Position numbers and translations under genes: made by a program. The notes beneath the pieces are model-generated. The model was given only the letters and a program-made list of their open reading frames with translations, was not told where the DNA came from and made no database searches. DNA of 52,808 nucleotides, filler included, from Catajapyx aquilonaris (Eukaryota): NCBI GenBank assembly GCA_000934665.2. It is 2 parts of 2 records of this genome, joined end to end, with 100 filler letters (N's around TTAATTAATTAA, not from the genome) between each part and the next. Parts side by side here need not be neighbours in the genome. Positions count along the whole stretch, not along the records: positions 26,456 to 52,808 come from JYFJ02005222.1; 1 more part is not named here. One strand, written 5' to 3'. Below, piece by piece: positions 27,910-41,461 of this stretch (positions are counted from its first letter, which is position 1; every line of letters starts with the position of its first letter).

Positions 27910-30900
27910 GTATATTTCGCAGAAGAACGAACTAGATTCTTTAATATTAAAGACTCCGGCAGGTCACCGGATGTGGTCCAGATCGTCCTCACGATCAATA
28001 TACACTGCTCCCACCCGATTCCAATCATCCATATTTTCGATTGTTGAATAAGAATTTCTTTCTGGTAAAATGAGTGGGCTAATGGGTGACAGGTTGGGCT
28101 GGACTGAAGGTCACTGGTGGCAAAACTTATTGTCAGCAGTGGCCTACGCAGGCCTACGACTGCTACTAGGATGGAAGAAAAGTAGGAGACAGAGGGCGAG
28201 TTTGAAGAGTATGAAGAACGGAAAGGCTGGAACGATCAGAGTCACATTTGACAAATTTCGAGAGAGTGTGGCAAGTAAAAATGATTTCAAACCCTCTTTT
28301 ATTGGATCTTTTAAACGCTTTCTAGGATACTGTGATGTGCTCTACAAGAAAATTTATGACCAGTATTGACGGAAAGTATCGTGGTCACTCTGCACAAATG
28401 TCAAACTCATTTTCCATATTATAATAATGCGACTCAGTGGTTGTATTTCAGGTTTTTATGAGTGCAAGATAATTATTTTACATGAAAGCTGTAAAAAAAA
28501 AAATCCCACTCAACAAGGACTATTACCAAAAAGTACCGTCCATTATTAAGGGTCATTCGAAGTAAAACTTAGGATATGTATAAGACATCGGTTTCGCTTT
28601 TTGTGCCGATTTGAAAAGATGCCGTACATGCAAGTGACACAAGTATGATTTTTGTGTCGCATAATCTTATAACGTGAGCCAAATTTCTTAAAACTGTGTA
28701 TTTCAGATCATTAAAAACATATTTTGCAATAACATATGTAGCCTACAAATGTGACTCTGATGGCGTGCGATTGCTGTCAAAAAGTTTTAGATTATAAATG
28801 TTCAGTATATTTTGCGTACTAGTGAAAAGTGAATGTGCTTTCTCTATCCAGCCTATATACGATCACAAATTAGCATTATGCACTCAGTTTAGAATCTTGG
28901 AAAGTTCTACAATGATAGTCCTAGTGTGCTGCGAGCAAATTCGCAGTTCTTGGGTAGCAAGGTCACTGAAACAAGACTGCTGTATACCAATTGAAGCATG
29001 AACGGAGTGAACATTTGAACGCCCTCATTATTATAAGTGTAACCAGATATAACTAGAGAATTCATCTCGTTAAGAGATCCGTATCATCTTGTGAAACAGC
29101 TGAAATGTATTAACAATATTGCGCTGCATATGCTGCAACTATATAGAGGTAATATCATAATGGCAAGTCACCCTCAATTTCGAATGTAATTTGCTTCTGT
29201 GCACAAACTTTTATCGACAACATACTGTGAGCTAGCAATAGCGGCAATCCATGCACTTGGGATGCTGAAGGCTAATTACAATAGAATTAATTTTCGCTAT
29301 AGGCGAAAAGCAGCCCATGAAAATAACAATTCAAAGCGCGGTTCAAAGCAAACAGAAATGGAGCAATGCAGTGCTACATTAGCAAACGCATACTTGCACT
29401 ATAGGTCAGCTCTGCTTTTTCCGGGGTTATAAACACACTTCAGTGACTCCTGGCCCCCTTGTTTAGATACATAATTTGCTTTTGCAATAAATTTGAACCA
29501 ACTCCCCAGTTGATTCAGCAGCATTTTATTAAGATCCTGTACCTTATCGCCTTTCCACCACGTTCCAAAGCAATTTCCCAAGCAAGGCAATAAATAGCTC
29601 ATTCCGGCCATAGTAATTTTCTTTCTGGTAACTCACACCTATATTAGTCCTAACGACAACACCAGAAACTCCCTGACTGCATTGAACTTTTCTCTTCAGG
29701 CTGGCAGCACGTAATATTGCCGACAAAATTGGTTGAGAATTTAAGACGCCCAGAGAGGCGCACCTAAATGGAGTAATCCTCTCCATCCTGAGCGACGTTA
29801 TATAAAGAAGGCTCCCTTAAAGCCTCATCTCAATTTCGATAATCAGTCCTTTTAGAGGAGGCGCGGACAACGGTGTTCCATTATACTTTTTATTCAATAG
29901 AGAACTTTTCCTGAAAAAATAGTGTCTATATATTTATTTATTTCAGATATCATTACTTCTGGCCAACAACACACGCTCGTCAATCATTGTTATGTTGTGT
30001 AGAAAAACATGCCATCAATTTTTATGTGTACGTATTTGTACACATTCAAGCCCGTAACTGGCACAGTTGGCGCCGCTTCTCTTTCAGGAAACATGAGACG
30101 AGCCCATGCAGATCACATGGCTCTGATCCCCCTGGCAGCATCAGGAACCGTTTTCGTTCAATGGCTAAACTGCCTCCACATTATGGGGCGTCCGGATTTT
30201 CTTACAAGCAATTGAACGGACGTCGAGAAAGTTTGTGTAGCTAATCCCGATCGTGCTTGCTAATCCATAACGATCCTAAAAAAGGAGCGAAAATGCTAAT
30301 GTTGGGGCACGAGAGTTTCCGCTAAATCGTACTTTATGACAACAAATAAAGGTTTTAGGGTGGTCAGACAAAAATCCTTACCCCCGTACAATTCCGTTTC
30401 AGACGACAGCTGTAGAGCGGGGGACCTCGTGAGAAAATGTCCAACTTCCAACTTGTCTCACGGCCATTTCCTACATAGAAAACCACCCATTTGCGAGATT
30501 TACACGGCTGTTATTCCGCACAATCGTTCTATGATTCTACAAATGGGACTGATGTGACAGTGCCGAGGACAGCAACTGACAAAAAGAAAATTGGTCACAT
30601 ACCATTGGATCGATCTCTGAAATGCAAGGACCTCAATGTGCGATGTCAATAGAGAGGCAAGCGAATATCCGTGCAGCAGAACAAACAACTCGGTGAGTGC
30701 GATGGGAGCAAATTTGGCAGTTAGGCATCGCGATGATAGCATTAGCGTCGCATTTGAAAAGCACCCTTTGATCCCAGCACGACATCTCCCCCCCCCNNNN
30801 NCCTCTCAATTTAAACTCTAAAGCAGTGCAGGTAGGTAGTCTTGAGCGGGTAAAAAGCCAAATGCGATGCTGATGGAGCTCTTCAATGGACACTCTGGAA

Positions 30901-33900
30901 ACGAAAGGACAGCTAAGACGTTCCTTTTGACCTCAACCTCACTCGATCACCACTCGAGACATTTATTGATTCCGGATTCCACAAACGTCACATTTTAACA
31001 AATTCATTCTTTCCGCTGTGCCCTTCTGTGAAGCAAAATCGTCTATTTATCATCATTTTTCTCTGCTATTCAACCCCCGTATAAATTGCTACAGTACGGA
31101 GATTACCCAAGTGGTCGCAAAACTGAATGGTTTGTTGGCGGAAACAGTCTATGGCGCGAAACACACCGCGGCGTTTTAACAGTGGCCCGTCAGGACTAAA
31201 TCCTATTAATCGTTCTACTAATAGCCTAGCAATTTAATGTGTCGTGGTTAAATGGGCTCGACGGCCCTTCACATGCCCTAGCCAACGGCGTTTGTCGTTT
31301 ATTTCTTTAATCGCTCGGAATAATAGTCCACGGGACAGTTCTCCAACTACTGTACAACTCGTTTTGTTTACCAGGAAAGGAATGATGTTTACCATACAAG
31401 TGCATTCATGAACTTCTGCCTTGCATTTTGGGGTGGATACTCTAATATAACGATAGGTAAATAATATATCCGAATGTACAATTAGGTAGATTTAATTTTG
31501 ATCACAACTAAGCACCAAACATGAACAATTTTTCGATAATGACATAAAATAATATTCCGATACATTTAATACTGAGCGAATTTTGTTGTCCATAGTGTGG
31601 CATGTGCTTTATTCCAATTAAAATATAATTAAGATATTTTAAAATTGATCACCCACAATACAATGCTGAAACTAAATGACAGTGTCCTATTGGAGCATAA
31701 AATAGTTTTTGATCTGTCGTCATTACTCAGTAATTATTATTGTACTTCTGAACTTGACAGAAATATCAGGTATTTATTTCCTTGTTGCTTTCACTCAAAA
31801 TAAAATGACTGCAGAAGATCAAAGGACGTCTTTGAGTTTCTCGGAGCTTTACTGCGGGATAACAGAAAAGATGCTTCTTTTTCACAACTACAAATGAAAA
31901 TATGACAGTTGTCACTGACTCCCTATTATATGCGACCTTGGAATCAGCGAAAAATCCTCTTTATACCTGTCCATAGACTCGGTGTCCATACACTCTTTAA
32001 CTAGACTGATGCAGTAGTTACCGTGGTATTGGAAATATTAATGTTTAAATAATTGCCACAATAAGTGAGTATAACATTACATAATTATATTGGAGTGACA
32101 AACAGGACAAACCACTGACCCGTTACTGATTGTGCTGGACACACCAATGATATACACAGTATACAAGGAACAATCATATTATTTTATTCCAATCTTATTT
32201 TTCCTTATGAGCTGTTAATAATGATTCATTCCGTTTCTGTTCTTACAACCACTGCAATTTATTAGTGTTCGGCGCAGTTGCGTAGTTAATGCGTACGGAG
32301 CCTTCAAAGTTTCGTGACATTACATCCGCTCCGCCAGCTTCAAAGAATCAAAAGTGAGCTAGAGGGTCTCCGGATAATCCGGCCTGAGTCCCATAAGGAT
32401 CGTCCATGTGCAATATAGGTAATCAAATCCTGTCAGAGTAAAGAATCCGTGTGCGGCACCCGTGCACTTTGTCGTTTTTACCTATTTGACCATCCTGTCG
32501 TCTACACTTTAAAGGCGCCGTACGTATTAACTACGCACCGGTGCCCAAAACTAATTGCACAACCCTGTATTAGTTTTGCGAGTACTATCAGTCAACCTGG
32601 TGATTGGGCGCGAGTTTCCCGTCACCCTGTATAGTGCCAGATTTTCTTGATCATTGTGTCGAACATATAGCGTAAAATAGAGAATAACGGAAGAAAAGTT
32701 ATCAGAAAAATTATTGATTTTGTGCAAAATATTTTCTGGCACAGAAATATAGAAGTTCTTTGAGTGTTACCGCCAAAGCAACATAGCATGTGGAATGTGT
32801 CCTTGCATTAAATAGGGTGCAAACGGTTTAAAAATCTGGAGCTTCATATGCACATCAACATAATTAAAATCATATTTATTCCACAGAGTGAAGGTTTTTG
32901 CCGATTATGCTAATAGTTTGCTACTCGCTCAGTCTTAGAGGCAATTCACGCATTATCTCTTCGCATTCATTACGGAAAATTTTCATCCCAGTCTGTTTTT
33001 AAAGTATTACTGCAGCAACATCATTACGCTGTGCATTAAGATGCACCTTACGATCTCTTTTGAAATATCATTTCTGTTACGAAACTATTTTCTACCATTT
33101 TTTTTTGTACAGACAAGCGAATGTGAATGGGTCAGTTCTTCGCAATACTAAATCAACAGTTGGCTTCATCCTTGTAAAACTAGTAGTGAAAAGTATAACT
33201 GACCCTTTATTATTTGCTTCGAGATTATTTACAATTAGCATAAGGGTGCTTATTGCCAATTATTGACAAAACTATTCACAACACTGCCACAATAATATTG
33301 AAGATAGTTTTGTCCGTTGCCATGGTAACTACCACAATTCCCTTCCCGATTCGTTAAAATATGCATAACCAAAGTTATAGTGGCCTATAATTCCCAAACT
33401 TCTGAAGTTTTGGAATCGACAGCGCGCATATAATTATCATTTAAAATATAATTAACTTTTATCTCACATCAGCTCTTAACATAGCGCCTGGAACTGAATC
33501 TATACAAGAAATTCTTTCCTAATAAGCTCGCGAAGCTCTTGATTAATTTGCGGCGCATAAAGTTGCAAGACGTAGTATCGCTAATGGGCCTGTTTGCATT
33601 CTCTTGAAACGCTCTATATGCCCAGTACTGTACACTGAAATAGCTGGCCATGGTATTCTTTGGCGTAAAAACCTACGTCGTGAACTTGTGCTATATACAG
33701 CCGCTTTTACTTCGGATTATATAGCGCCAAGTTTTCCTAATACCATTGAAACATCTCAGCTATAGCGGATCATTACCAACTAAGGTTATTGGTCGCTACT
33801 GTTATTAGAGTTTGACTGCAGTGGCTTTGGCCACTGCTCTCGAAATTTGCGGTTGACTTGAATGCGCCTGTTTCACATCAAATGAATGCAATTGACACAT

Positions 33901-34457
33901 CATGCCGCATTTAAGTAAAAATATTTATAGCAAGACTTTGTGGATAAGAATTACACATTTCATTTTCGGCCTTGTTTTGACACTTTAGAAGCCACTTTCA
34001 CGTCTCTCTTGTTCTTAATGAAAGATCAAATACACACTTTCAACCGAGCTGCTTTCTATCAGCCGTGTTCCACGTGAGACTGACCACAACTGGGGCGTTC
34101 TCTTTACAAAATATTTACAATCATGAGTGGCCCACTCTTGCCTTAAATCTTGTCGCTGGTTAACGAGATAAATGGGGTTACGACATTGAACTTGCGTGTG
34201 TGCATTATTCTCCCGTTCGGTTAATCCTGGAGTTTTAAGTAGAGCGGTTACCAGGAGCCTGCTTTGCATACTAATTGGTATTGATAAACGCATACGATTA
34301 GCAGCAAGAAATGACACGTATGAATACTATGGATTTGATCGAAAAAGACGTTTGAAGAGCACAAGTACAACGCCCCCTTGAAGGGGTGACCGCAAACTGG
34401 TGGTGTTGACGCCGCAGAAAATAAACAAATTAATAGTAAAGAGGTTTGCCAACTTAC

Positions 34458-35121
34458 TGTCCATGTAGTAGTAAATGCGCAGAAAAGGGTCCCTTTGAAC
34501 AGCAAAAGTGGAGTCGTTTCCTATCCGCAAGGTAAATTCTGCATCTTGATTGTGCTGGTTCTTCTGCACCACTATCAAAACCAATTTGGAGACCGGTCTT
34601 CGCCACACAGGAACCTCCCTTAACCACATCTTGAAGAGGTGGCTCACGTCCAGAGCCAAGTCTTGATATTCACATCGTAGGGCACTGAAACTCAGGTCCG
34701 TGTACTCCTGTGGGGCTAACTGATCTAAGCTGGTCAGTCGAGAGCACATATCGTTAGTCGAAATATGAAATGGGTCAGATGTGTTGAATAGAGAGGCCCA
34801 AACAGGTGCCATTAGCTGGACTCGTAGGGTGATATTGGCCGTTTTTGACTGCCTCCGTACCGACTCGGTCATACCGCAATGAAGTCGCAGAAGTACTCGT
34901 TCCGCCGAAAAATCCGAGTCGGCCATATCCAGAATGGATGAGCCCACGTGGAAGCTTAGAAGCAACGGGTGTTCTCGCAGGTGAAATGGGACCCACCTAG
35001 GCGGGAATTGGGGACCGCTTGTACCCCACCATGCCATGTGGGTCACCGGCACGTGGCTCTCGGCACCAGATATGCTCGGAGGGAGAGCCATTAATAAAGC
35101 TAATGTCACCATCACCACCAT
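34458..35121 (-). CDS. First coding exon (221 codons + 1 nt) of a secreted protein with a TGF-beta propeptide-like domain; downstream exons not located
   Basis: ATG at 35121 and signal peptide MVVMVTLALLMALPPSISG. Motif order LLLSFHV / ERVLLRLH / ITLRVQL / LALDVSHLFKMW / KLVLIVVQ / DPFLRIYY parallels TGF-beta prodomain arm strands. N-glycosylation sequons NIT, NTS, NDS. Consensus donor GTAAGT directly after ...YYMD (intron starts 34457, phase 1). Candidate upstream acceptor at 35201. Confidence 0.62.
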
Positions 35122-38100
35122 TGTCACAATGTTCCGCTAACGTCCGAGCCAATTCATAACCGGATGGAGCCAATAAATTGACATGTCGCGTGATTTTTAC
35201 CTGCACAACAGACGAATAACAGTCTTTGGCATTGACCCAATCGGGAACAATTGCCAATAAACACCAAATAATATAATATATTTTCTTCCTACACCGCCGA
35301 ATAAAATTTGACAATCGCACACTACAGCCTCGACTGTTCAATCCGAACTGCCCTGTCACTCTGCAACAAGTCACATAATGAGGCAGTGTACACATGCACT
35401 GGTTTCCACGAGAACTGGAGATGAATCCAGAGCAGCGCAACTAGCCCCGTGCCCGTCCCACCATCGACTGGCGGATTCTGTGTTGTGCTCCATTCTGAAA
35501 CGCGCACGCCGACGTCCTAACTCCTTCATTCTATAGCTGCTCTTTGAAGGAGGGGGTGGGATTGGTTGGAGGGGGGAGTTTGATAAGTGGGGGTTAGATG
35601 GTGGGCATATCACGGACCTCATTCCAGCTTCATATTGGATTACCTAATCGCCCCTCTGCAGCAACAATCTCGTACACGACGGATTAATATATTCTCCTTG
35701 TATAGCTCTGAATGGTCGTAGTTTCGAGCCATTTGTGATGAGCCAAGTGTCACCTGGGGTCTTCTACTAGAGGGCGTCTGGACAATAGCACATGCTTTGA
35801 GAGGTAATGCGATATCGCTCTTTGCCCATACAATAATGCCAAAGCCTGAAATGTTCACACCATATACCACACTTGTCATTAGTCAAGCAGTACAGAGCAG
35901 TGCTTTACAATGTAATGATAGGGAGACGGTGACTGTAAGTGCAACAGGGAGCAATATACTCTGCTCAAGAGAGAGCCTCAGTTTGGGGGGTGGGCTTCAA
36001 GGGGCGTGATGTAACACTGCAATTAACTGGTGTCGAACGTATTGGTGTCAGATCCGTATTGCCCATTAGGCAAAGTGGTTCCCAACGGGGCAGGTCGCAA
36101 AAGTGGTGCAAGCATTTCATGTCCACTATATGATATTTTAAAGATCTCTCTTTGTCACTGTTGTCAAGGTGTGTTTTAATATGAATGTTAATCCAGCTCA
36201 GCAGTTGTCAGTTATCAAGGAAAATAGGACGAGTATTACTCTACACATGTATAGAATAGAAGAAGTACAAAATAATAAACCAAAATTAATCTTATTATTA
36301 GATCAAAATTATTTACAACGCACATGAAAACAATAACAAACAAAAAAAATCTTATCGACTGAATGACTGCCGAAATTTGGGTGCACCTGCTCAAGTTAAA
36401 ATAGTAGACTATATGTGGCGCAATTAGGGGATATGTAATGTAAGGTCTCATGTTCTTACCACTAATGACAAGTTGTCCAATATTACACTTTCGAAACTGG
36501 GCAGCTTGGTGGAATAAGAGCGGGTTTGCAGCCATGAGGCACGGTTGCAGGCGCGGTTCGGAGTTTTGCAGTTACATTGTTGGTAACAAAAAAATTCACG
36601 GAGGGTGGGACTGTCACCAACTATCACCAACTGTCACCAACTGTATCAAATCCTCACACAGTCACACGAAGCCTCCACATTAAAAGGCTACCACATTAAA
36701 AGGAATAATTTTAATTGGAACAAGTTAAATCACATTACTACATTTTGATTGGTCAGCAATGACCACATCGGCTTTTGTACGAAGCTAAATTGAGAAAGGA
36801 AAATGCAAGCAAATGAAAACGGACACCGCCAAGTATCTTAAAGGGCACATTCCAGAACTGCGTGCTGTATATTTACCTTACTCGGTACATTAGGTTTTTA
36901 AAAGGAGGGCATGGCGCGTGGTAAGACAACACAGCGAAAAGATTCAGAACAAAACAAAACAAAAAAATTGTTTTGGTGACGATTCGGGGCCCTGCAAAGC
37001 ATTTCTTAATTAATTTACATCGTGTTTCTGAGAGATGTCGGTGAATACGTAACATGCCAATTGTCACTTGTTTAAATACATTTTATAATATCGAAGATGC
37101 ACATGCCCATAGAAGTTCCCGTATTCATATTTAATGTTAGCCTTATATGCCTATCTACATAGATATTCCTATTGTGTTCCAAGTTGCATAATTATATTAT
37201 AATAATAGAAAAACACTTTCCTAATATTAGCTCATATTCATACCAAAAAAGGTTGCTAGCTTATACAAAGCATGTTATCCCAAATCGATAAAGTACAGGG
37301 CATTAATCGTAGAAGCTAGGTTATGAAGAACCTTTTAAAAAAGCTATCAGTGATATTATTCTGACTTGAGAAATTCAAAATCGACCAAAATTACAAAATG
37401 TGGCCCTAGTAAAAATGACAATTAACTTACTAAAATATAGCAAAATACTTATAGTTTATATTATACTTATACTTATACTTAGTCTTATGTCAGAATTATA
37501 GTATCTTATTAATATGTACTTAAAAACTAATGAATTGCGGTATGTTCATTTTCGTTGTACTTGAATGAAATTATACCTGACAGCAATGTACATGTGCAAC
37601 AAGCATAACCCTGCTGCAGTGGGCAACAAGATCCTGCTGTGGAGCATTGCAGCAAGCAACGAGACGAGTATACTCCCAGTGATGGCCTCCTGAGCGGGGT
37701 TCTCCAGATTTCTCTCTAACTATGGTCCCCACGACGCTACTATCACTCTGATAGACGACGTCGGGTGGGGATTCACGGGTCAGGCCACGACTGGGCGGAC
37801 TCTAGGAAGAAAGCGGATATAGCACTTAATGGGCTTGCCCTTAGGTGGTCCACGCTCTGATGAAGACAGAAGGGAGATAGTTCTCATGGTTACTTAGGAT
37901 TCTTTAGTCAGGAACATTGCTTTTAAGTGTCCGTTCTTTACTCTCACTCCCTCTTTTAGGTAACAATCTGTAAGCAAACAGAATAGTGTAATAGGATTTT
38001 AGGACTATGGTCATTCTACAAAAAAAAAATGCAATAAAATCTACTGCACAATACTGGTGATTTTCATTTTCTGTGGAGTTCTATAGGACGGTTGATTTAT

Positions 38101-40267
38101 CAGTGATTTATGTCACTTTAAGATATTTTATAATTTAACATTGTTAACATTATCGCAAAATAAAAATTTCATGTCACGTAACATGCTGTAGCATATTCGC
38201 GAGTAGACCTGCTAATAAAATTGCTTATACTACATTCAGTATACGTCAAAATATTTGAAGAGCGATTTCCCAAAACAAGTTCAGTCCATTTGCAACATTT
38301 TTCAGGAGAGAGAAAAAACTGTCTATTTCAAAACCTAGTAGGTTTTAGCATTTCATTTTTGATATGTTCTGCGTCTAATCTGACGCACTTTTTCATGGTA
38401 TTGTGTGAGAAAATCATAGTATTGAAGGGACAGAAATGGGGTCATTTAAATTTCAAAATCTCTCCAAAAACAAGTTATGTCTATGGACTGAGCTTGTTTT
38501 CAAGTACAAGCTACTGTTTCATTAATTTCTTGCTTCATTACCCCATCTGAAAGGCTAGGCGGAAGTACCAATACAACCAAAATGATTGATTTCACTGCAA
38601 CAAATTATTTTATTCCAAATAATATTTCCTGCACACTGGGAACTTAGCATAATCCTCCCACTGCATTAGGCTTCCCAAAATATATCATTTTAACTCCATT
38701 AATGATCAAACATGGCACATATTACCCAAACTGTGAGCGGCCGCCATTTTGAAAGGCGCGGCTGAATAGCCGCTCTCGCGACTACGCATGCGCAGACGGA
38801 CTGAACTTGTTTTCGGTGAGACAGGTCGGAAATATGAACTTGTTCTGGGAAAGATCGCAAACTTTGCAGCCCAGTTGTTCCGAGCAAACGGAACGGGTTT
38901 TCGGAGTGCCTGTTCGACCTAACCGATAGATCTGGGTAAGGGCTACAAGGCTGTGGGCATAACTCATTTTCGGCAAAATGTGGACTGAACTTGTTTTGGA
39001 AAATCGCTCTTCATTTATGCAAATACTGTCTAATATCCTTACCGGTAACCTTGAGATACACGTAATAGAGAATATAAATTATTTCACAAAAACATATGAA
39101 GCATTATTCATATCAGATATTAGTCATGATTAAATTGTTAATAAATAATTTTCAGGTTGTACGATTTTCTTCTCTTTTGAAAATGGCATGAATATACAGG
39201 TACGGAAATTAAGCGTAAGTCGCTTTGAGCGCTATTAGTAGAAGGATTCTAGGCGATCATTTTGAGCATAGTACCTATCGTGGGTATCTGAAACATAGTT
39301 ACCGATATAATGGGCGTCAAACACAAGGTATAAATAATATCCTTGCACGTATTCGTCCTTCCACGCGACCTTACCTTTTCCTTTTAAATTTTAGGTGTTA
39401 TCATGCACTTTAAATTTAAGGTAGGATCCTATTAGGTGTAGCAGGTAAAATGGCCTAGGCCCTAAGGCGATGGTAGTGTCGTACATTCATTAATGCTGAT
39501 TTTCTTGGTAACAATGCTTCGGAGACCCATGATTCCTATACAGTATAGAGTCTATACTGTATCTGCTGTTGCAAGATCAACAATTAATCGAGGTCGTTAA
39601 CTAGAAGACATCAGTCATCAGTGGCAAAGTAAAGGCGGATCCTCGACTTGCAGATATTTCTTTCATTCGAATAGTAGACACAAATCTGAGACACCCTATG
39701 ATTGATTTATAATATAATGTGAAGCAGGTTGTTCACATTAATGATAATTATTTTTTGGTTTTTATAAAATTGTGTGTGTGTGAATCCTGATAAGTCGTGT
39801 AATAATGATACCACTGGAGGGACCCTACTCATGTAGAATCTTCTATGTTTCCGTCCGCGGCAATTTTTACTGAAAAGAACTTTGAAATATTTTTTTCCTC
39901 TTAAAATATGCTACTCCACACTATTAGAGCAATTCTACGATAATGTCAACATAGCAGGGGTTAGAAAAATTGTATCGTAGTAGAAAATATATTGCTCTAT
40001 GAGTCAATTCGTTACGTATATGAAAACAACACTGTTCTGGCAATGGACCCTGCGTAAGAAAGTGTCACAACCTCATATAATTCGCAGGTATTTCATAATA
40101 TATAATATATAGTAAATCTCTTCCTGTAAGTCTGTTTTAATATGTAACCGTACTGTCCCTCTCGTGCGCGCATAATTATGTAGGAGATCGTTGTATAGAA
40201 TATATGGAAGTACAGATCCTTATTGTTCCTCTGGCCATACCCATTACATCATCACTTGCATGTACAG

Positions 40268-40418
40268 TACTCTGGGCCTCAAATGGTTTTGCCCACTTTA
40301 TCCTGGTCTTGAAGCAACCCTTCACACACCCACACCCACACATTCACCTGTGCGAAGGGTTGCTTCAACTCTTCAAGACCAGGATAAAGTGGCCAAAACA
40401 AATTGAGCCCCATAGTAC
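40268..40418. repeat. Hairpin MITE
   Basis: TTTTGCCCACTTTATCCTGGTCTTGAAG / CTTCAAGACCAGGATAAAGTGGCCAAAA inverted arms. Confidence 0.7.
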
Positions 40419-40564
40419 TACAGTACCAGCGTGGAAGCAGCCATCTTTCCCCAAATTGTAGCTTTCCGTAACGCTGGAATGGGTTTACACTTAAAAGGAT
40501 CACCTGGAGCACTTCTATCATCCCCCAAAGCGACGGTACGTTAAATTTCCGCGTCCTGTACAAT

Positions 40565-40959
40565 ACAGGTTGAGTCTGGTTGAGTCTTCGGTATCCTTTA
40601 TCCGGAATTTAAAGAACCGAAAATCACCAAAATTGGAAAGTTTATTTCAGTGCTAGCATGACGCACAACAGATGGAATATTTCTTTTGAGTGTGGCATGG
40701 CATTAGGGCCATTATTACTTGAATTCGTAACAATTCGTAAGCATATAAAACATGATTTTAAAATGATGCAAAACTTACCACTAGGATCGATGAATAAATA
40801 ACCTCTCATAAGAAAATGTGTATGGATATCATATTCAGACATTTATCCCATCCCAAAGCTGTTCCATTATAAATACAGATGCAAAATAACAGACAAATAT
40901 TCCGAAATCCTAATTATTTTCGGTCTCAAACGTTTGGGATGAAGGATTCTCAACCTGTA
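40565..40959. mobile_element. Tigger-type MITE (CAGGTTGAG termini)
   Basis: TA-CAGGTTGAG...CTCAACCTG-TA; truncated relative at ~41999-42306 in esterase intron 2. Confidence 0.75.
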
Positions 40960-41461
40960 TTTTATTTTTATTTTATGTTATATTTTATTACACTATTATA
41001 ACTATTTTACGCAAATATTTGATTTATCACCTCCATAAACACTTCCTAAATTATCCTTGTTGCATCCACAACACGCATAGGCATTTCGTGCCTGACCTCT
41101 GCTAGTAGTTCAAGGTAATGTACTGTGTAGTGTACACAGTGAGCGCGCAGTATTTCTTATTTTGCAAACTTTTTAGAACTGCCCATCATATGCAGCGGAA
41201 ACACGGATGTGCTGCACAATGTAAAAGGTTGTAGAATGGTCGTAATAGACCACGCCGTCAACCTATAAAATGAACAAAAGGAAGTTACGGTGAATAACCA
41301 CGACGAGTGGATGGAGAACATTTATATAAAATTATTCCGTGCAGAGAATATTTGCAAGGTCATCCGGTTTTTGCCATTTTTTTTAAAAATCCAGGTGACG
41401 CACTAAGTGCATATTAGGACAGGGCACAACTGCAGTCTGAGTCAAACTGGAAGTGCTCGTC

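Noticed and set aside
27900..28266. Open minus-strand frame containing IGIGWEQCIL, faintly like the TGF-beta IGW..WII motif
   Set aside because: No CxGxC, CC or CxC cystine-knot pattern; wrong splice phase; runs into a MITE.
28800..30900. Several 60-90 aa ORFs on both strands
   Set aside because: No recognisable motifs or consistent splice structure; compatible with chance.
34327..34457. C-terminal part of the 266-aa ORF (SKLANLFTINLF...)
   Set aside because: Probable read-through into the intron past a consensus GTAAGT donor.
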